Notes under the pieces: generated by a model
Databases searched by the model: none
The model's input: only the letters and a program-made list of their open reading frames with translations
Told to the model about the DNA's origin: nothing
Assembly: GCF_032191835.1 (NCBI RefSeq)
Contig: NC_083234.1
Location: 78,864,001 to 78,928,000, forward strand
Origin: Heteronotia binoei
Lineage: Eukaryota
Direction: 5' to 3'
DNA: 64,000 nucleotides
Translations under genes and position numbers: made by a program
Part shown: positions 11,195 through 22,812 of the stretch, piece by piece
Numbering within the stretch: the stretch's first letter is position 1
Layout of the letters: each line of letters starts with the position of its first letter

Positions 11195-11896
11195 CTCTTA
11201 TAGCCACCTTCAAGAGGGGTTTAGATAAAAATATGGAGCAGAGGTCCATCAGTGGCTATTAGCCACAGTGTGTGTGTATATATAAATTTTTTTGCCACTG
11301 TGTGACACAGAGTGTTGGACTGGATGGGCCATTGGCCTGATCCAACATGGCTTCTCTTACGTTCTTCTGTGACACAGAGTGTTGGACTGGATGGGCCATT
11401 GGCCTGATCCAACATGGCTTCTCTTACATTCTTCTGTGACACAGAGTGTTGGACTGGATGGGCCATTGGCCTGATCCAATATGGCTTCTCTTATGTTCTT
11501 CTGTGACACAGAGTGTTGGACTGGATGGGCCATTGGCCTGATCCAACAGGGCTTCTCTTATGTGACACAGAGTGTTGGACTGGATGGGCCATTGGCCTGA
11601 TCCAACAGGGCTTCTCTTATGTGACACAGAGTGTTGGACTGGATGGGCCATTGGCCTGATCCAACAGGGCTTCTCTTATGTTCTTATGTGACACAGAGTG
11701 TTGGACTGGATGGGCCACTGGCCTGATCCAACAGGGCTTCTCTTATGTTCTTATGTGACACAGAGTGTTGGACTGGAGGGGCCATTGGCCTGATCCAACA
11801 GGGCTTCTCTTATGTTCTTATGTGACACATGTGACACAGAGTGTTGGACTGGAGGGGCCATTGGCCTGATCCAACATGGCTTCTCTTATGTTCTTA
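11195..11896 (+). mobile_element. CR1-type LINE 3' end whose terminal unit is reiterated about 9 times
   Basis: ORF2 end (FKRGLDKNMEQRSISGY-like), then 59-67 bp units TGTGACACAGAGTGTTGGACTGG...CTTCTCTTATGTTCTT starting at 11301, 11368, 11435, 11502, 11561, 11620, 11687, 11754 and 11830. Confidence 0.88.
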
Positions 11897-12483
11897 GCTA
11901 GTATGAGCTCAACAGACTCATCCCCTCCCCTCTCCAGAATCCACCTTCTGGTCTAGATCCCTCCACAGGGCCTCTCAGGGCGACTCGCATTTCCTCAGGG
12001 AAGGGGGACCGCATCACAGAGGAGGGAGCAGACCACAGTCCTCTGGCACTTCACTACTGCTGAGGAATGGACCCAACCCATCGACTCTGAGGAAGGCCTC
12101 TGGACACCTTGGGGGCGTCAGCTGGTCACCACCCAGAAGGACCCTCTTGGCGCCTGGCCCCCATGGCTCCTCCCCATTCTTCAAATTCATCCCTAGCTTT
12201 TGCAAAGGAGACAAATCTGACCTAACATGTCAATAAATACATTTTGTTGTTATGCCCAGCTGCCCTCCCTTAATTCAGCAATCAGTCTGCCATGTGATGG
12301 GAATGTTGGGGTGCATAAAAACCCTCCATGCAGAAGATTCCTGCTTCATGTACCACAGTCAAGATTCAATCTGCACCATCTATAACTGAAGGATCTTGTT
12401 AAACGCAGGTGGGAAAGATTTCTTCCTGCATAGCAACAAAAAAATCCTCCTGTCAGATTTTGCTGCACACTGGGCAAACAAAA

Positions 12484-12759
12484 CCACTTTGGTGTAGTGG
12501 TTAAGTGTGCAGACTCTTATCTGGGAGAACTGGGTTTGATTCCCCACTCCTCCACTTGCAGCTGCTGAAATGGCCTTGGATCACCCATAGGTCTTGTAGG
12601 AGTTGTCTTTGAAAGGGCAGCTGCTGTAAGAGCTCTCTCAGCCCCACCTACCTTACAGGGTATCTGTTGTGGTGGGGGGGGGAAGGTAAAGGAGATTGTG
12701 ACTGCTCTGAGACTCTGAGTATACAGCGGGATATAAATCCAATATCTTCTTCTTCTTCC
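12484..12759 (+). mobile_element. Squam3/MIR-like SINE, full length
   Basis: tRNA-like head GGTGTAGTGGTTAAG...GGTTTGATTCC, CORE-like body and (TCT)n tail. Confidence 0.85.
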
Positions 12760-13600
12760 TGTCAAAAATTGCCTGGCACATAGGAGCTGTTTGTGTTGCA
12801 CTGAAGAACAAAACCAGAGAATTATCAGATTTTTATATATGGAGGACATTTTTCTGTTAAGCATGCCTCAGAACATATGCTAATATTAATTGCATTACAT
12901 TACAATCAGTATTCTAATCTGCTGTTCCAAATAAGAAATATGCTAAAATAAAGAGGATGTATAGCTGTTCTTGGTGAGAATACAGATGTAAGGACTGAAT
13001 GAGTTCAGCATATGTAGTGAGATAAGAAACCAATATCCCTGTTATGTCCTGGGGGGAGGGTGTTCTGGGTGTTGTAATAACTTGTAATTCAGCAGGCATG
13101 ATACAGCTTTCCCATAGTGGTGCTGTGTGCAGAGCAGTGGTATCAAGGCCATGGGGCTGCTGCCATCGCTTTCCTGATGAGAGCCTGGCCAGAACCCAGG
13201 CAGCCATCAGCTCCTCAGAGCTTTCCTTCTGGGGCTTTTCAAAGGTGAGACAGCCGTATGGCTGGCTGGTTTCATGAGGCAGGTGTGCCTTTCCTGAGGT
13301 CAACAGAGATTTCTCACAACTTTATCAAAAAACATACCTGCAAACCATTGGAACTTGTAATTTTGTAAACAAGGGAACTGAAAGCTAAGGAAATGCAAAG
13401 ATAATATTTCTATGCAAAGCTCAAACAAATGTGAGATAAGCTAACTGCAAACAAACAGAAGGGTGGGATATGTTTCAATGCATTAATATCCACAATGACC
13501 TTCACAGCAACGCAGCCTTAGCAACCAGTTCAAAGTGAATTTAATGCCTGTAGCATGAAAGGAACTTGTCCAGCATCTTGTCTCTTTATTGTTTCCTTAT

Positions 13601-13976
13601 TAGTGTGCCTGTATTGCTGACTGTTATTCTAATGTATTGCACATGAAAGCCATGTAACCTTTCCTTAGTTCTCACTAGTGGCAAATGCAGGAATGTCCTC
13701 TTTGAAGATAAGGCCTCCGGGAATACTTTCTAAGGCTCAGGTTCCAAACCCAGGATGTCGCTAAACCACAATAGTAGATAAAATAACAAGCGTGTGAATT
13801 TCACACGCCAGAGTAGAAATTCCTAAGGTAACTTTGATGTGCCCCCTTAAAGCTAGTACTCGAGTTACATTGTATCACTTCCAATCTTGTGCCTCTTCGA
13901 GCACCATGGATTATCAATAAACCAATACTTTGTTTCAAAATCAAGGACTGGTCATTTTGAGATCTAATGCTTGACA
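13601..13976 (+). mobile_element. LTR-like remnant related to the element starting at 63586
   Basis: Ends AATGCTTGACA and has AATAAA near 13916. Shares ATGCAGGAATGTCCTCTTTGAAGATAAG with 63748. CTTAT occurs on both flanks, but the left terminus is non-canonical. Confidence 0.5.
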
Positions 13977-14104
13977 CTTATCACTACTGAGATTCAAATA
14001 GATAGAATCACACTTTCTGCTGTCTGAATGCAGAAATCTTACACTGGAGTTCTTTCACCAACAGAGCAGTGACGAGCAGTTTAAGTAACCCAGACATTCA
14101 CCCT

Positions 14105-15215
14105 CCCCCATGCTAGCCGCTCAAAAGATCCCTGCCCTATTATATGCCAATGACATCCTATCTAAAACCCCTATGGGTCTTAGAAGAGCTTTGAAGGCAT
14201 TTAGCCAAGAACAAGTGAACACCTGTTCTCATTACAGACATGGCTAAATGCCTTCAAAGGCTGAACATGAGTCAGCAGTGTGATGTGGCTAAAAAGGCAG
14301 ATGCAATTTTGAGCTGTATCAACAGAAGTATAGTGTCCAGATCACGTGATGTGATGGTATCGCTTTACTCTGCTCTGGTAAGACCTCATCTGGAGTATTG
14401 TGTTCAGTTTTGGGCACATTTTAAGAAGGATATAGACAAGCTGGAACAGGTCCAGAGGAGGACAACGAAGATGGTGAGGGGTCTGGAGACCAAGTCCTAT
14501 GAAGAAAGATTGAAGGAGCTGGGGATGTTTAGCCTGCAGAGCAGGTAGCTGAGAGGTGATATGATCACCATCTTCAAGTACTTGAAGGGCTGTCCTCTAG
14601 AGGATGCTATGGAATTGTTTTCTGTGGCCCCAAAAATAGGACCAGAACTAATGGGTTGAAATTAAATCAAGAGTTTCTGGCTCAACGTTAGGAAGAACTT
14701 CCTGATGGTTAGAGCGTGGAACAGACTTCCTTGGGAGGTGGTGGGCTCTCCTTCCTTTTAAACAGAGACTAGATGGCCATCTGACAGCAAAGAAGATCCT
14801 GTGAATTTAGGGGGAAGTGTTTGTGAGTTTCCTGCATTGTGCAGGGGGTTGGACTAGATGACCCTGGAGGTCCCTTCCAACTCTAGGATTCTATCATTAA
14901 TTATCAAAAAACTAAAATCATATTATTCAGTAAAAGACCCAAAATTAGGGCATGAAGTATCAACAGTTATAGGACATAACAGGTGGTGTTTTAGGTATCT
15001 TGGAGTGACATTAGTACAACCATGTGGGGCAAAGAATGCCCATCGTGAACATGTGGCTGACGCTGGTCAAAAATCCACTCAGGCTACACTTAAATTCTTT
15101 CGCTCTAAGGAACAGCAACACTTGCCAGCCATCCTCATATTATTTCAGGCCAAATATTTCCCCCAACTTTTGTACGGGACAATACTAGGCCTACAATCTT
15201 CCCATTTTGGCCCAT
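14105..15215 (+). mobile_element. Old non-LTR RT remnant (clade unassigned) interrupted by a CR1 insertion
   Basis: IPALLYANDIL..KTPMGLRRALKAF lies before the CR1. FRYLGVTL...FQAKYFPQLLYG lies after it. Confidence 0.5.
14259..14895 (+). mobile_element. CR1 LINE 3' fragment
   Basis: [40 protein letters not shown], followed by the CR1 3' UTR ending CCAACTCTAGGATTCTAT. Confidence 0.92.
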
Positions 15216-15480
15216 TAGAGAGAATCATAGAGTTGGAAGGGACCTCCAGGGTCATCTAGTCCAACCCCCTTCACAATGCAGGAAATTCACAAATGCCTCC
15301 CCCACACAAATACATCCCGTGACCCCTGCTCCATGCCGATGACAAAAAACCTCCAGGATCCCTGGCCAAACTGGGCTGGAGAATTGCTGCCTGACCCCAA
15401 AGTGGCAATCAGCATTCCCCTGGGCATGCAAAAAAGGGCCATGAGAACTCAGCACCAATGCAACCCTCCCTCTCATAACC
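15215..15480 (-). mobile_element. CR1 3' UTR fragment
   Basis: AGAATCATAGAGTTGGAAGGGACCTCCAGG is the reverse complement of the CR1 tail. Confidence 0.8.
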
Positions 15481-15923
15481 TGCCTAATCTTCTGTTTATT
15501 ATTCCAATTGTTTAAGCTTGCACTATAACTCAGGTGACTGAGATTGGGGGGGGGGGGGAGGGGTTTAAAGAAGTCCCAGTGAAATTAATTAAAGTTGTGA
15601 CACCAGTGATTACTGCTGTTGGGAGCGGCCACGTCCCTTATTGTTTCCATCCCCATTTGCACTGAAGTGGCACCAAATGGACATTCCACAGCCCTTTAAC
15701 TCTGCTGGTTATAGGGCTTTCCTTTAGCTTTCTCTCTCCTGAGAACAAACTGCATGAATCTGAGTGTTTTGTTTTATAAATATTGCTTTAAACAACAATC
15801 AGTATACTGTATCCAGTGTCCATTAAATGCTAGATAATCTTTCTTCCTTGACAGCTTTGAACATATTTCACTGGCTGCAAGAGGGGGGGGGGTTTGTGTG
15901 TTTTGTGTGCGTGCATGCACCTA

Positions 15924-16121
15924 GAAGTCTTGGCAACCTCTGGTGACTGACCCCTACTGGGAGCCTGAAGGACATTCAGGGAGGTGGCCGAGTAAAGCCT
16001 GCCCCGTCCTCCTGAGTGGGTATTTCAAGGAATTCTCCCATCCAAGTACTCGCCCAGGTTGACCCTGCTTAGCTTTTGAGATCTGACGAGATCGGGCTTG
16101 CCTGGGCTATCCAGGGCAGGG
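15924..16121 (-). mobile_element. 5S rRNA-derived SINE (5S-Sauria-like)
   Basis: Minus strand GCCCGATCTCGTCAGATCTCAAAAGCTAAGCAGGGTC...AGTACTTGGATGGGAG resembles the 5S internal control region, followed by a non-5S tail. Confidence 0.75.
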
Positions 16122-16883
16122 CGCTGCCAAAGTATATTTTTGAGTTTGCTCTTCAGCCCCTGACACCTAGAGACCTGCAGGGCCACCTCTGCACCCTCAG
16201 CACCAACGGAATCAAGAGCCAGCCTACGGGTTTGATTAAATGTCCCATCTACTCACGAAGTGCAATCCAGAGGAGGAACCAAAGGGGCTTTCTCTGTGAG
16301 ATTTCTTCGCTCTGGAACGTCCTTCTCAAAGAGGTGAGGAAGGGTGTTGCTAACCTTCCTTCAGTCTGGTAAGGATTGCAAGACATCTCAGTTTACAGCT
16401 CTAACTAGGTTGAGGGAAGCAAATTTGAGGAGCCCGGGGCAGGCTTGCAAACACTGTCAAAACTTCACTAGTGCTTGTGCTATTTGTTGATTTAATTCTT
16501 GGTATTGTGTAAACTGTGAGACTATAAATGGATTTAAAAAACAAAAATTCACTCTTGTCTCACCAATTACTAACCAGTGTAGTTACTGTATTCATCCCCC
16601 TTCCCCACTGCCCTAATCATGTAAAGTTGCTTCTTTTTCTTAACACTCACACACACAAAACACTCCAAAGGAAATCTGACACACGGACCCTATTAAGTGG
16701 CTAAAGGTAAAACCAGACTTGTGTTTTTTTAACACTGCAGCAGGATGAGAAAAGTTTGTGTGGTGTTCCCCTCCCCAATCAAACAGTAAGTACATGCCTG
16801 CATAGTCCTGCATTCTACTGAATCAGCCAAGGAGGTCTGAGTCCAAAAATATAAAGAGCATCCAAGACATTACAGACAGTAGT

Positions 16884-16889
16884 TTTATT
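16884..16889 (-). promoter_or_regulatory. SURF6: SURF6 polyadenylation signal AATAAA
   Basis: First AATAAA about 95 nt downstream of the stop codon. Confidence 0.6.
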
Positions 16890-16982
16890 AACAAGTCCCA
16901 CAATAATCCACTTTGGAACAGGTGAAAACATCTGTTAAGTCCAGCTCATTTGAATCAGGTGAAACCATCTGCTAAGTCTGGC

Positions 16983-17663
16983 TCATTTGGAGCTAGCTTT
17001 CGCCAGATCCTCAGGCAAGATACGGCCCTTCTTGCGGGCCTTGCTTTTCTTCCGCTCGATTTTGGCCACCTTCTTCTTCTGAATGTTCTTGCGGCGCTTC
17101 TCCTGGCGTTGCTGCATCTTCTCCACCACTTGCTCAGTCCGCTTTCCCCACTGCTTCTGGCGCTGGGCCTTGCGCTGCTCTTTCCGCTTGAGGGCCTTTT
17201 TCAGCCGGTTCTCGTCATCGTGAATCTTGACGCCTTCGGCCTTGTAGAGGACATTGGTCCATCTCATCTTGGTCTCCAGCTGTCGGGCCTTCTTCTCATC
17301 CTTGTCCTTCAGGTCTTCCAGCTTGTTCTTCCGAATCTCCAGCCGACTCAATAGCTGCTTGTAATTCTTCCCTGTCAGAGGGGTGAGGTTGCCTTTCAAA
17401 GCCTTCCTCTTCTCTTTCCTCTTCTCTGCTTTGCTCGGCTGCTCGACATGCACTTCTACCTTGTTGAAGGCTATGCTGGACTTGTCATCGTTCTTGGGGG
17501 CCGTGTGCTCCACAGTGGCTTCTGTTGACACCTCTCCTGCTTCCTTCTTCTCAGCTTTTTTCTTCATCCTTAATTCTTTCCTCCGGCGTTTCTTTCTCTC
17601 CTTCTCGTATTTCCTTCGTTGCTGCTTCTTCAGGGCAGTTGGCGACAGCTCTTTGGGCCTTCC
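16983..17663 (-). CDS. SURF6: SURF6 last coding exon (681 nt, GRPKELSPTAL...GRILPEDLAKASSK*)
   Basis: Acceptor ttaacag|GGA. Contains SURF6 domain motifs KGNLTPLTGKNYKQLL, KWTN-like RWTNVLYKAEGVKI and RKKGRILP. Phase matches the previous exon. Confidence 0.96.
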   Translation of the reverse strand, partial: GRPKELSPTALKKQQRRKYEKERKKRRRKELRMKKKAEKKEAGEVSTEATVEHTAPKNDDKSSIAFNKVEVHVEQPSKAEKRKEKRKALKGNLTPLTGKNYKQLLSRLEIRKNKLEDLKDKDEKKARQLETKMRWTNVLYKAEGVKIHDDENRLKKALKRKEQRKAQRQKQWGKRTEQVVEKMQQRQEKRRKNIQKKKVAKIERKKSKARKKGRILPEDLAKASSK

Positions 17664-18365
17664 CTGTTAAGAAACAGCAACTTGAAAAGGCAGCAGAATC
17701 GCTTATGGGACCTGGACAAGATTTAGACATTAAGAGGGAGGGGGAAACCATGTCCTTTGCACTTGAAAAAAAATTGCAAATGATACTAAACTCTGCAATG
17801 TGGATAAACTACACAAATGTACTTAATCCATATGTGTTGACTTATCTGCATAATTTATTCTGCCTGTCCTTGTAATTAAGAGGAAAACGGAGGCAAACAG
17901 CACCACCTCACTGGATATGTTGACTGTTGAGGTACAAGCCTATCTTTGCAGCCATTCCTTCTAGAAATGTGATGTTGTGAGAAAATGGGGAGGGGGATAA
18001 CCAAGATCATCAAGAAATTGAATTCTGCATATTGGGAGGGCGGGGAGGGTGTATTTTACACACAAAATATACACACTCCTGAATATGGAAACAGTTACAC
18101 TCTGAACTAAAATAACTCGCTTCACATCTTTCACTCAGAATTCAGGTAACATTGCAACAAAAACCTTTTTTAGTTTATCTCAGTTGCAAAATCTATCCTT
18201 GCATGGGGTTTGGAATGTTTTAGTTAGGATCCAAATAGAAGACAGAAGGCAGCGAAGTGGTGCAGACTTGCCAGGACAAAGGCTGGTGGGGAGGGGGACA
18301 GAGCACCCATAAGACCCTTCACCATCCCTTGGAAACTATTATTTTAACAAGGGTGCTGACCATAC

Positions 18366-18451
18366 CTGACCAGAGACTTCTTGTATTTTCTCATGCAGCC
18401 TCTGACGCAAAAGAGTCATGGCGGAAAAGGAATGGGGCTTGCTCTGGCTAC
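18366..18451 (-). CDS. SURF6: SURF6 coding exon 3 (86 nt)
   Basis: cag|GT...LLRQRLHEKIQEVSGQ|gtatgg. Confidence 0.95.
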
Positions 18452-19249
18452 CTGCATGGAGAGAAGGCAGAGACTCTTCAAACAAGAGACAGGAAGCATC
18501 AGTGAAACAAAGAAAGGGCCCGTTCTGCTTATGTGACACCGGGCACTGACTGCTCTTCAGTCAAAACAAGAAACATACTTTGGAACGTGAAGAAGGCAGC
18601 TAAGAATCTTAGGATACCCAGTCCTGCTCCTGTGTAAAGAAGCACGCTGTCCCACCCCTCCTGCCTGCAAGGCTTCTGGTTCATCCAGCATGGAGTTCAC
18701 GGCCTTAGGGAGCTGGAAACCAGGGTGGTACTTCCAGCTCTTCAGAAGGAGAAAAGACAGAGGTGGTACAGGACCTTGCTCCAAAAAAGGCAGGGTTAGG
18801 GTTAGGGACACATGCAGAGTGCATCCCAGAGTCAGGGCTAGCCCCACAGTGCAGTCCCAGAGGCAAAGAGCAAAAGGTGTCTGTACAATTTCCTGATAAT
18901 TTCAGCTCCCCACCCCCGATAAAGCAAGCTTCTCATCCCTAGGGTTACAACATGCCTGTTGGTACTTGACCAATCCCTGCTAAACTCTCAGAAGCTGGAG
19001 AGATGGCTGAGTAAGGTTTATTTAAGGAGAGGAAAGAGAAGCTGCACTTTCAACATCTCACACAGCAACTTGCATAAATCTGAAAAAATTATGCCAAAGA
19101 GTACAACTGCATACTGTAATGTAAAATGTAAAATTTTATTTATATCCCGCCCTCCCCCGCCGAAGCAGGCTCAGGCTCAGACACGCACATCTGCTCTATC
19201 GCCATCTGCTCTATCGCCAGCATTGAGTTTGTTGGCCTATTATGGGATG

Positions 19250-19430
19250 GGTGAAAAAAATTGGCTATCTGACTGGTGAACCGAATGCCTAGCGCACCAG
19301 CCAGTGCCCTATCGGCCCTGATGGAGGCTGTAGCAGGCGGGGCGCTGGAGTTCCCATGGCTTATAGTCCTGGGTGACTTCAACGTCCACGCCGATGATGC
19401 GGACTCCATGGCGACACTAAGGCTCTCCAA
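19250..19430 (+). mobile_element. LINE (L2/CR1-group) AP-endonuclease fragment
   Basis: PSAPASALSALMEAV...LIVLGDFNVHADD. Confidence 0.65.
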
Positions 19431-19692
19431 AATGTCACAACTACTACCCATCAGACTGAATTTGATCTTTGTGGCGGGAGTTATAGTGGACCAAATTACT
19501 GCGCTTGTTTTGTGGCCCATAGCTTGCAGCTGAGGTCCTGAGGGAGCAGCGATCCAGGACTAACATGATGTACAATACAATTGTTTTTTCTGCTAGTGCA
19601 TTTTTTAAGCTTCTTGGGGCCCCTGCCAGGGAGAAATGTGGAGTGAAAACACTCAGACAAACAATACTCACAGCCCTGATGACCATGGCTGA

Positions 19693-21890
19693 CTCATAGA
19701 ATCACAGAGTTGAAAGGGACCTCCAGAGTCATCTGGTCCAACCCCCTGCACAAGGCAGGAAATTCACAAACACCTCCCCCTAAATTCACAGGATCCTCAT
19801 TGCTGTCAGATGGCCACCTAGCCTATGTTGAAAATCCTCCAAGGAAGGAGAGCCCACCACCTCCCAAGGAAGCCTGTTCCACTGAGGAATCGCTCTAATG
19901 GTCAAGTTCTTCCTAATGTTGAGCCAGAAACTCTTTTGATTTAATTTCAACCCATTGGTTCTGGTCCTACCTTCCGGGGCCACAGAAAACAATTCCTCAC
20001 CATCCTCTAGATGACAGCCCTTCAAGGACTAGAACTTGGTGATCATATCACCTCTCAGGCTAAACATCCACAGCTCCTTCAACCATTACTCATAGGACTC
20101 AGTCTCCAGACCCCTCACCATCTTTGTTGCCCTCCTCTAGACCTGTTCCAGCTTGTCTATATCCTTCTTAAAATGTGGTGCCCAAAACTGAACACAATAC
20201 TTCAGGTGAGGTCTTACCAGAGCAGAGCAAAGCGATACCATCACATCAAATGATCTGGACACTATACTTCTGTTGATACATCCCAAAACTGCATTTGCCT
20301 TTTTAGCCACCGCATCACACTGTTGACTCATGTTCAGCGTATGATTCACTAAAACCCCTAGATCCTTTCTGCACATACTACTACTAAGACAAGTCTCCCG
20401 CATTCTATAACCATGCACTGGATTTTTCCTACCTAAATGCAGAACTTGACATTTATCCCTGTTAAAATTCATTTTATTGATTTTAGCCCAGTTTTCCAGC
20501 CTGTCAAGGTCATCCTGTTTCTGTCTTCTTCTGTGTTTGCAATCCTTCTCAATTTAGTATCATCTGCAAATTTAATAAGCATTTCCTCTATTCCTTCATC
20601 CAAATCATTACTAAAGATGTTGAACAAACCAGGTCCCAGGACAGATCCTTGAGGCAGTCCACTTGTCACTCCTCTCCAAGAGGATGAGGAACCATTCACA
20701 AGCACTCTTTGGGTGCGATCTGTCAACCAGTTACAGATCCACCTAATGGTAACAGGATCCAAACCACATTTTACCAACTTGTCAACAAGGATAGTATGTG
20801 GAACCTTATCAAAAGCCTTACTGAAATCAAGATAAACGATGTCTACAGCATTCCCCCGATCCAGCATGGTAGTCACTTTCTCAAAAAAAGAGAACAGGTT
20901 AGTCTGATATGACTTGTTCTTGAGAAACCCATGCTGGCTCTTAGTAATCACAGCTGTCCTTTCTAAATGTTCCAGGCCCAACTGTTTGATTTGTTCTAAA
21001 ACTTTTCCAGATATAGATGTCAACCTGACGGGTCAGTAGTTACCCAGATCCTCTTTTTTCCCCTTCTTGAAGATGGGAACAACATTCACCTGCCTCCAGT
21101 CTTCCGGCACCTCTCCTGTTCTCCAAGAATTCTTAAAAATAATAGCCGGAAGCTCAGAAATTACATCCGCAAGCTCTTTTAGAACCCTTGGATGAAATTC
21201 ATCTGGCCCTGAGGACTTAGTTTCATGTAAAGAAACTAGGTGTTTATGTACTACCCCTATGCTGATCCTAGGTTGGAACTTCATACCCTCCTTATATATT
21301 CTGTTTTTGCCATGTTGGCAACCATTCCCCTCAGAAGAAAAGACTGAGGAAAAGTAGGAATTGAGTAGTTCCGCCCTCTCTTCATTACCTGTTACAATTT
21401 CACTTTCTTGCCCTCGCAATGAGCCTATCATGTCCTTGCTCTTTTTCATACTCTGAACATAAGAACCATTTTTTGTTGTTTTTAGCATCTTTTTCTCTAC
21501 AAGCACTGGTGATTTGTTTATATTCATCCTTGGTTATAAGGCCCTCCTCCTCACAAGTATATACCTCCTTCACATATACTGCTACGTCTCCGCCATTTCT
21601 CATTTGCCTGTCCCTTTTAAATAAGTTGTACCCCTAAATCCTAATATTCCAGTTGTGTCATCCCACCAAGTTTCAGTAAGGCCTATTACGTCATAGTCCC
21701 CTTCCTTTATTAGGACTTCCAGTTCCTCCTGTTCGTTTCCCATACTCTGTGCATTAGTGTAGAGACATCGGAATCCACGTTTTATGCATCCTGAGGGTTT
21801 AGTTTCTGTACAAGTCTGCAAGTTAACATTACTTAGCGTATGCACCACTCTCTGCAAATCTTTAGTGTTCTTATCCCCAGTTTCTGGCAT
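19693..21890 (-). mobile_element. CR1 LINE ORF2 (EN start to 3' tail) with internal deletions, in SURF6 intron
   Basis: CLYTNAQSMGN..DVIGLTETWWD (EN); [24 protein letters not shown] and FADD (RT); QWNRLP C-terminus; TGATTCTATG tail. Confidence 0.95.
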
Positions 21891-22014
21891 CATATGAGGC
21901 TTTGAATTATTGTCTCGCTCCGCCATACTCCATCTGCACAGCTCCCACCATGGCTCTGTTTCTCTGTCCCACCAACCCACTCCCTGTTCTTGCTGACCCC
22001 AGAAACACCCTCAC

Positions 22015-22269
22015 CTGTAATGCCATTCTGGCCTCCACTCCCTTTCTCCCCAGCAGCAGCCAACTTGCTGGCACTGGATGCAATGTGGACCCCAGGACCC
22101 GAGCGCTTCGTCTTCGCGGTTGTTGGCTTAGCCTCTGCTTTGCAGGCACCCGTGACTGCTGGCTTGCCTGGAGGGGCACCTCCCACACCCTGGGCAGGTG
22201 TCTTTGGCTTCTTTCTCTTCTTCTTCTTCTTCTTCTTCGGCTGAGCATCGTCCACCCCTGGCCCAGTTC
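22015..22269 (-). CDS. SURF6: SURF6 coding exon 2 (255 nt, Lys-rich)
   Basis: cttccccag|GA ACT...PKKKKKKKRKKPK...ATT ACA G|gtgagg. Phases 1/1 fit the neighbouring exons. Confidence 0.9.
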
Positions 22270-22464
22270 CTGGGGAAGTGGAAAGGCAGAGAAATGAGTT
22301 TCTTTCCCTGAGAAGGAAACAACCCTAGCCTGTCTTTGGCATGCTAGGAAATGCAAACCAAGCAGCTTCTGCCTTTGGTACTGAAGGGACCCCCCAACAG
22401 TACAGAAGACCCCCACCCATAGGGGCAGCCCCTTCTCTCTGCCCTGAAAAGAAGGCAGGAGACA

Positions 22465-22540
22465 TAAGAACATAAGAGAAGCCATGTTGCATCAGGCCAA
22501 TGGCCCATCCAGTCCAACACTCTGTGTCACACAGTGGCCA

Positions 22541-22593
<53 letters not shown>

Positions 22594-22812
22594 TACATAC
22601 ACACACACACACTGTGGCTAATAGCCACTGATGGACCTCTGCTCCATATTTTTATCTAAACCCTTCTTGAAGGTGGCCATGCTTGTGGCCGCCACCACCT
22701 CCTGTGGCAGTGAATTCCACATGTTAATCACCCTTTGGGTGAAGAAGGACTTCCTTTTATCCGTTTTAACCTGTCTGTTCAGCAATTTCATCGAATGCCC
22801 ACGAGTTCTTGT
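22465..22812 (-). mobile_element. CR1-type LINE 3' end containing a (TA)n(CA)n microsatellite
   Basis: RTRGHSMKL..FFTQRVINMWNSLP..FKKGLDK, with a single copy of the terminal unit that is multiplied at 11301. Confidence 0.88.

Noticed and set aside
11301-11896. CRISPR-like array
   Set aside because: The units are contiguous with no unique spacers, they match a LINE 3' end, and the context is eukaryotic.
12914-13303. 129-aa minus-strand ORF
   Set aside because: No recognisable domain or splice context. Probably decayed repeat.
15924-16121. Functional 5S rRNA gene
   Set aside because: Only a diverged 5S head fused to a SINE tail, and several dispersed decayed copies are present.
16950-17670. 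Plus-strand ORFs (134 aa and 95 aa)
   Set aside because: Antisense shadows of the Lys/Arg/Glu-rich SURF6 exon.
21902-22485. Several overlapping ORFs of 64-192 aa
   Set aside because: Alternative frames over GC-rich SURF6 exon 2. Only one frame fits the splice phases.
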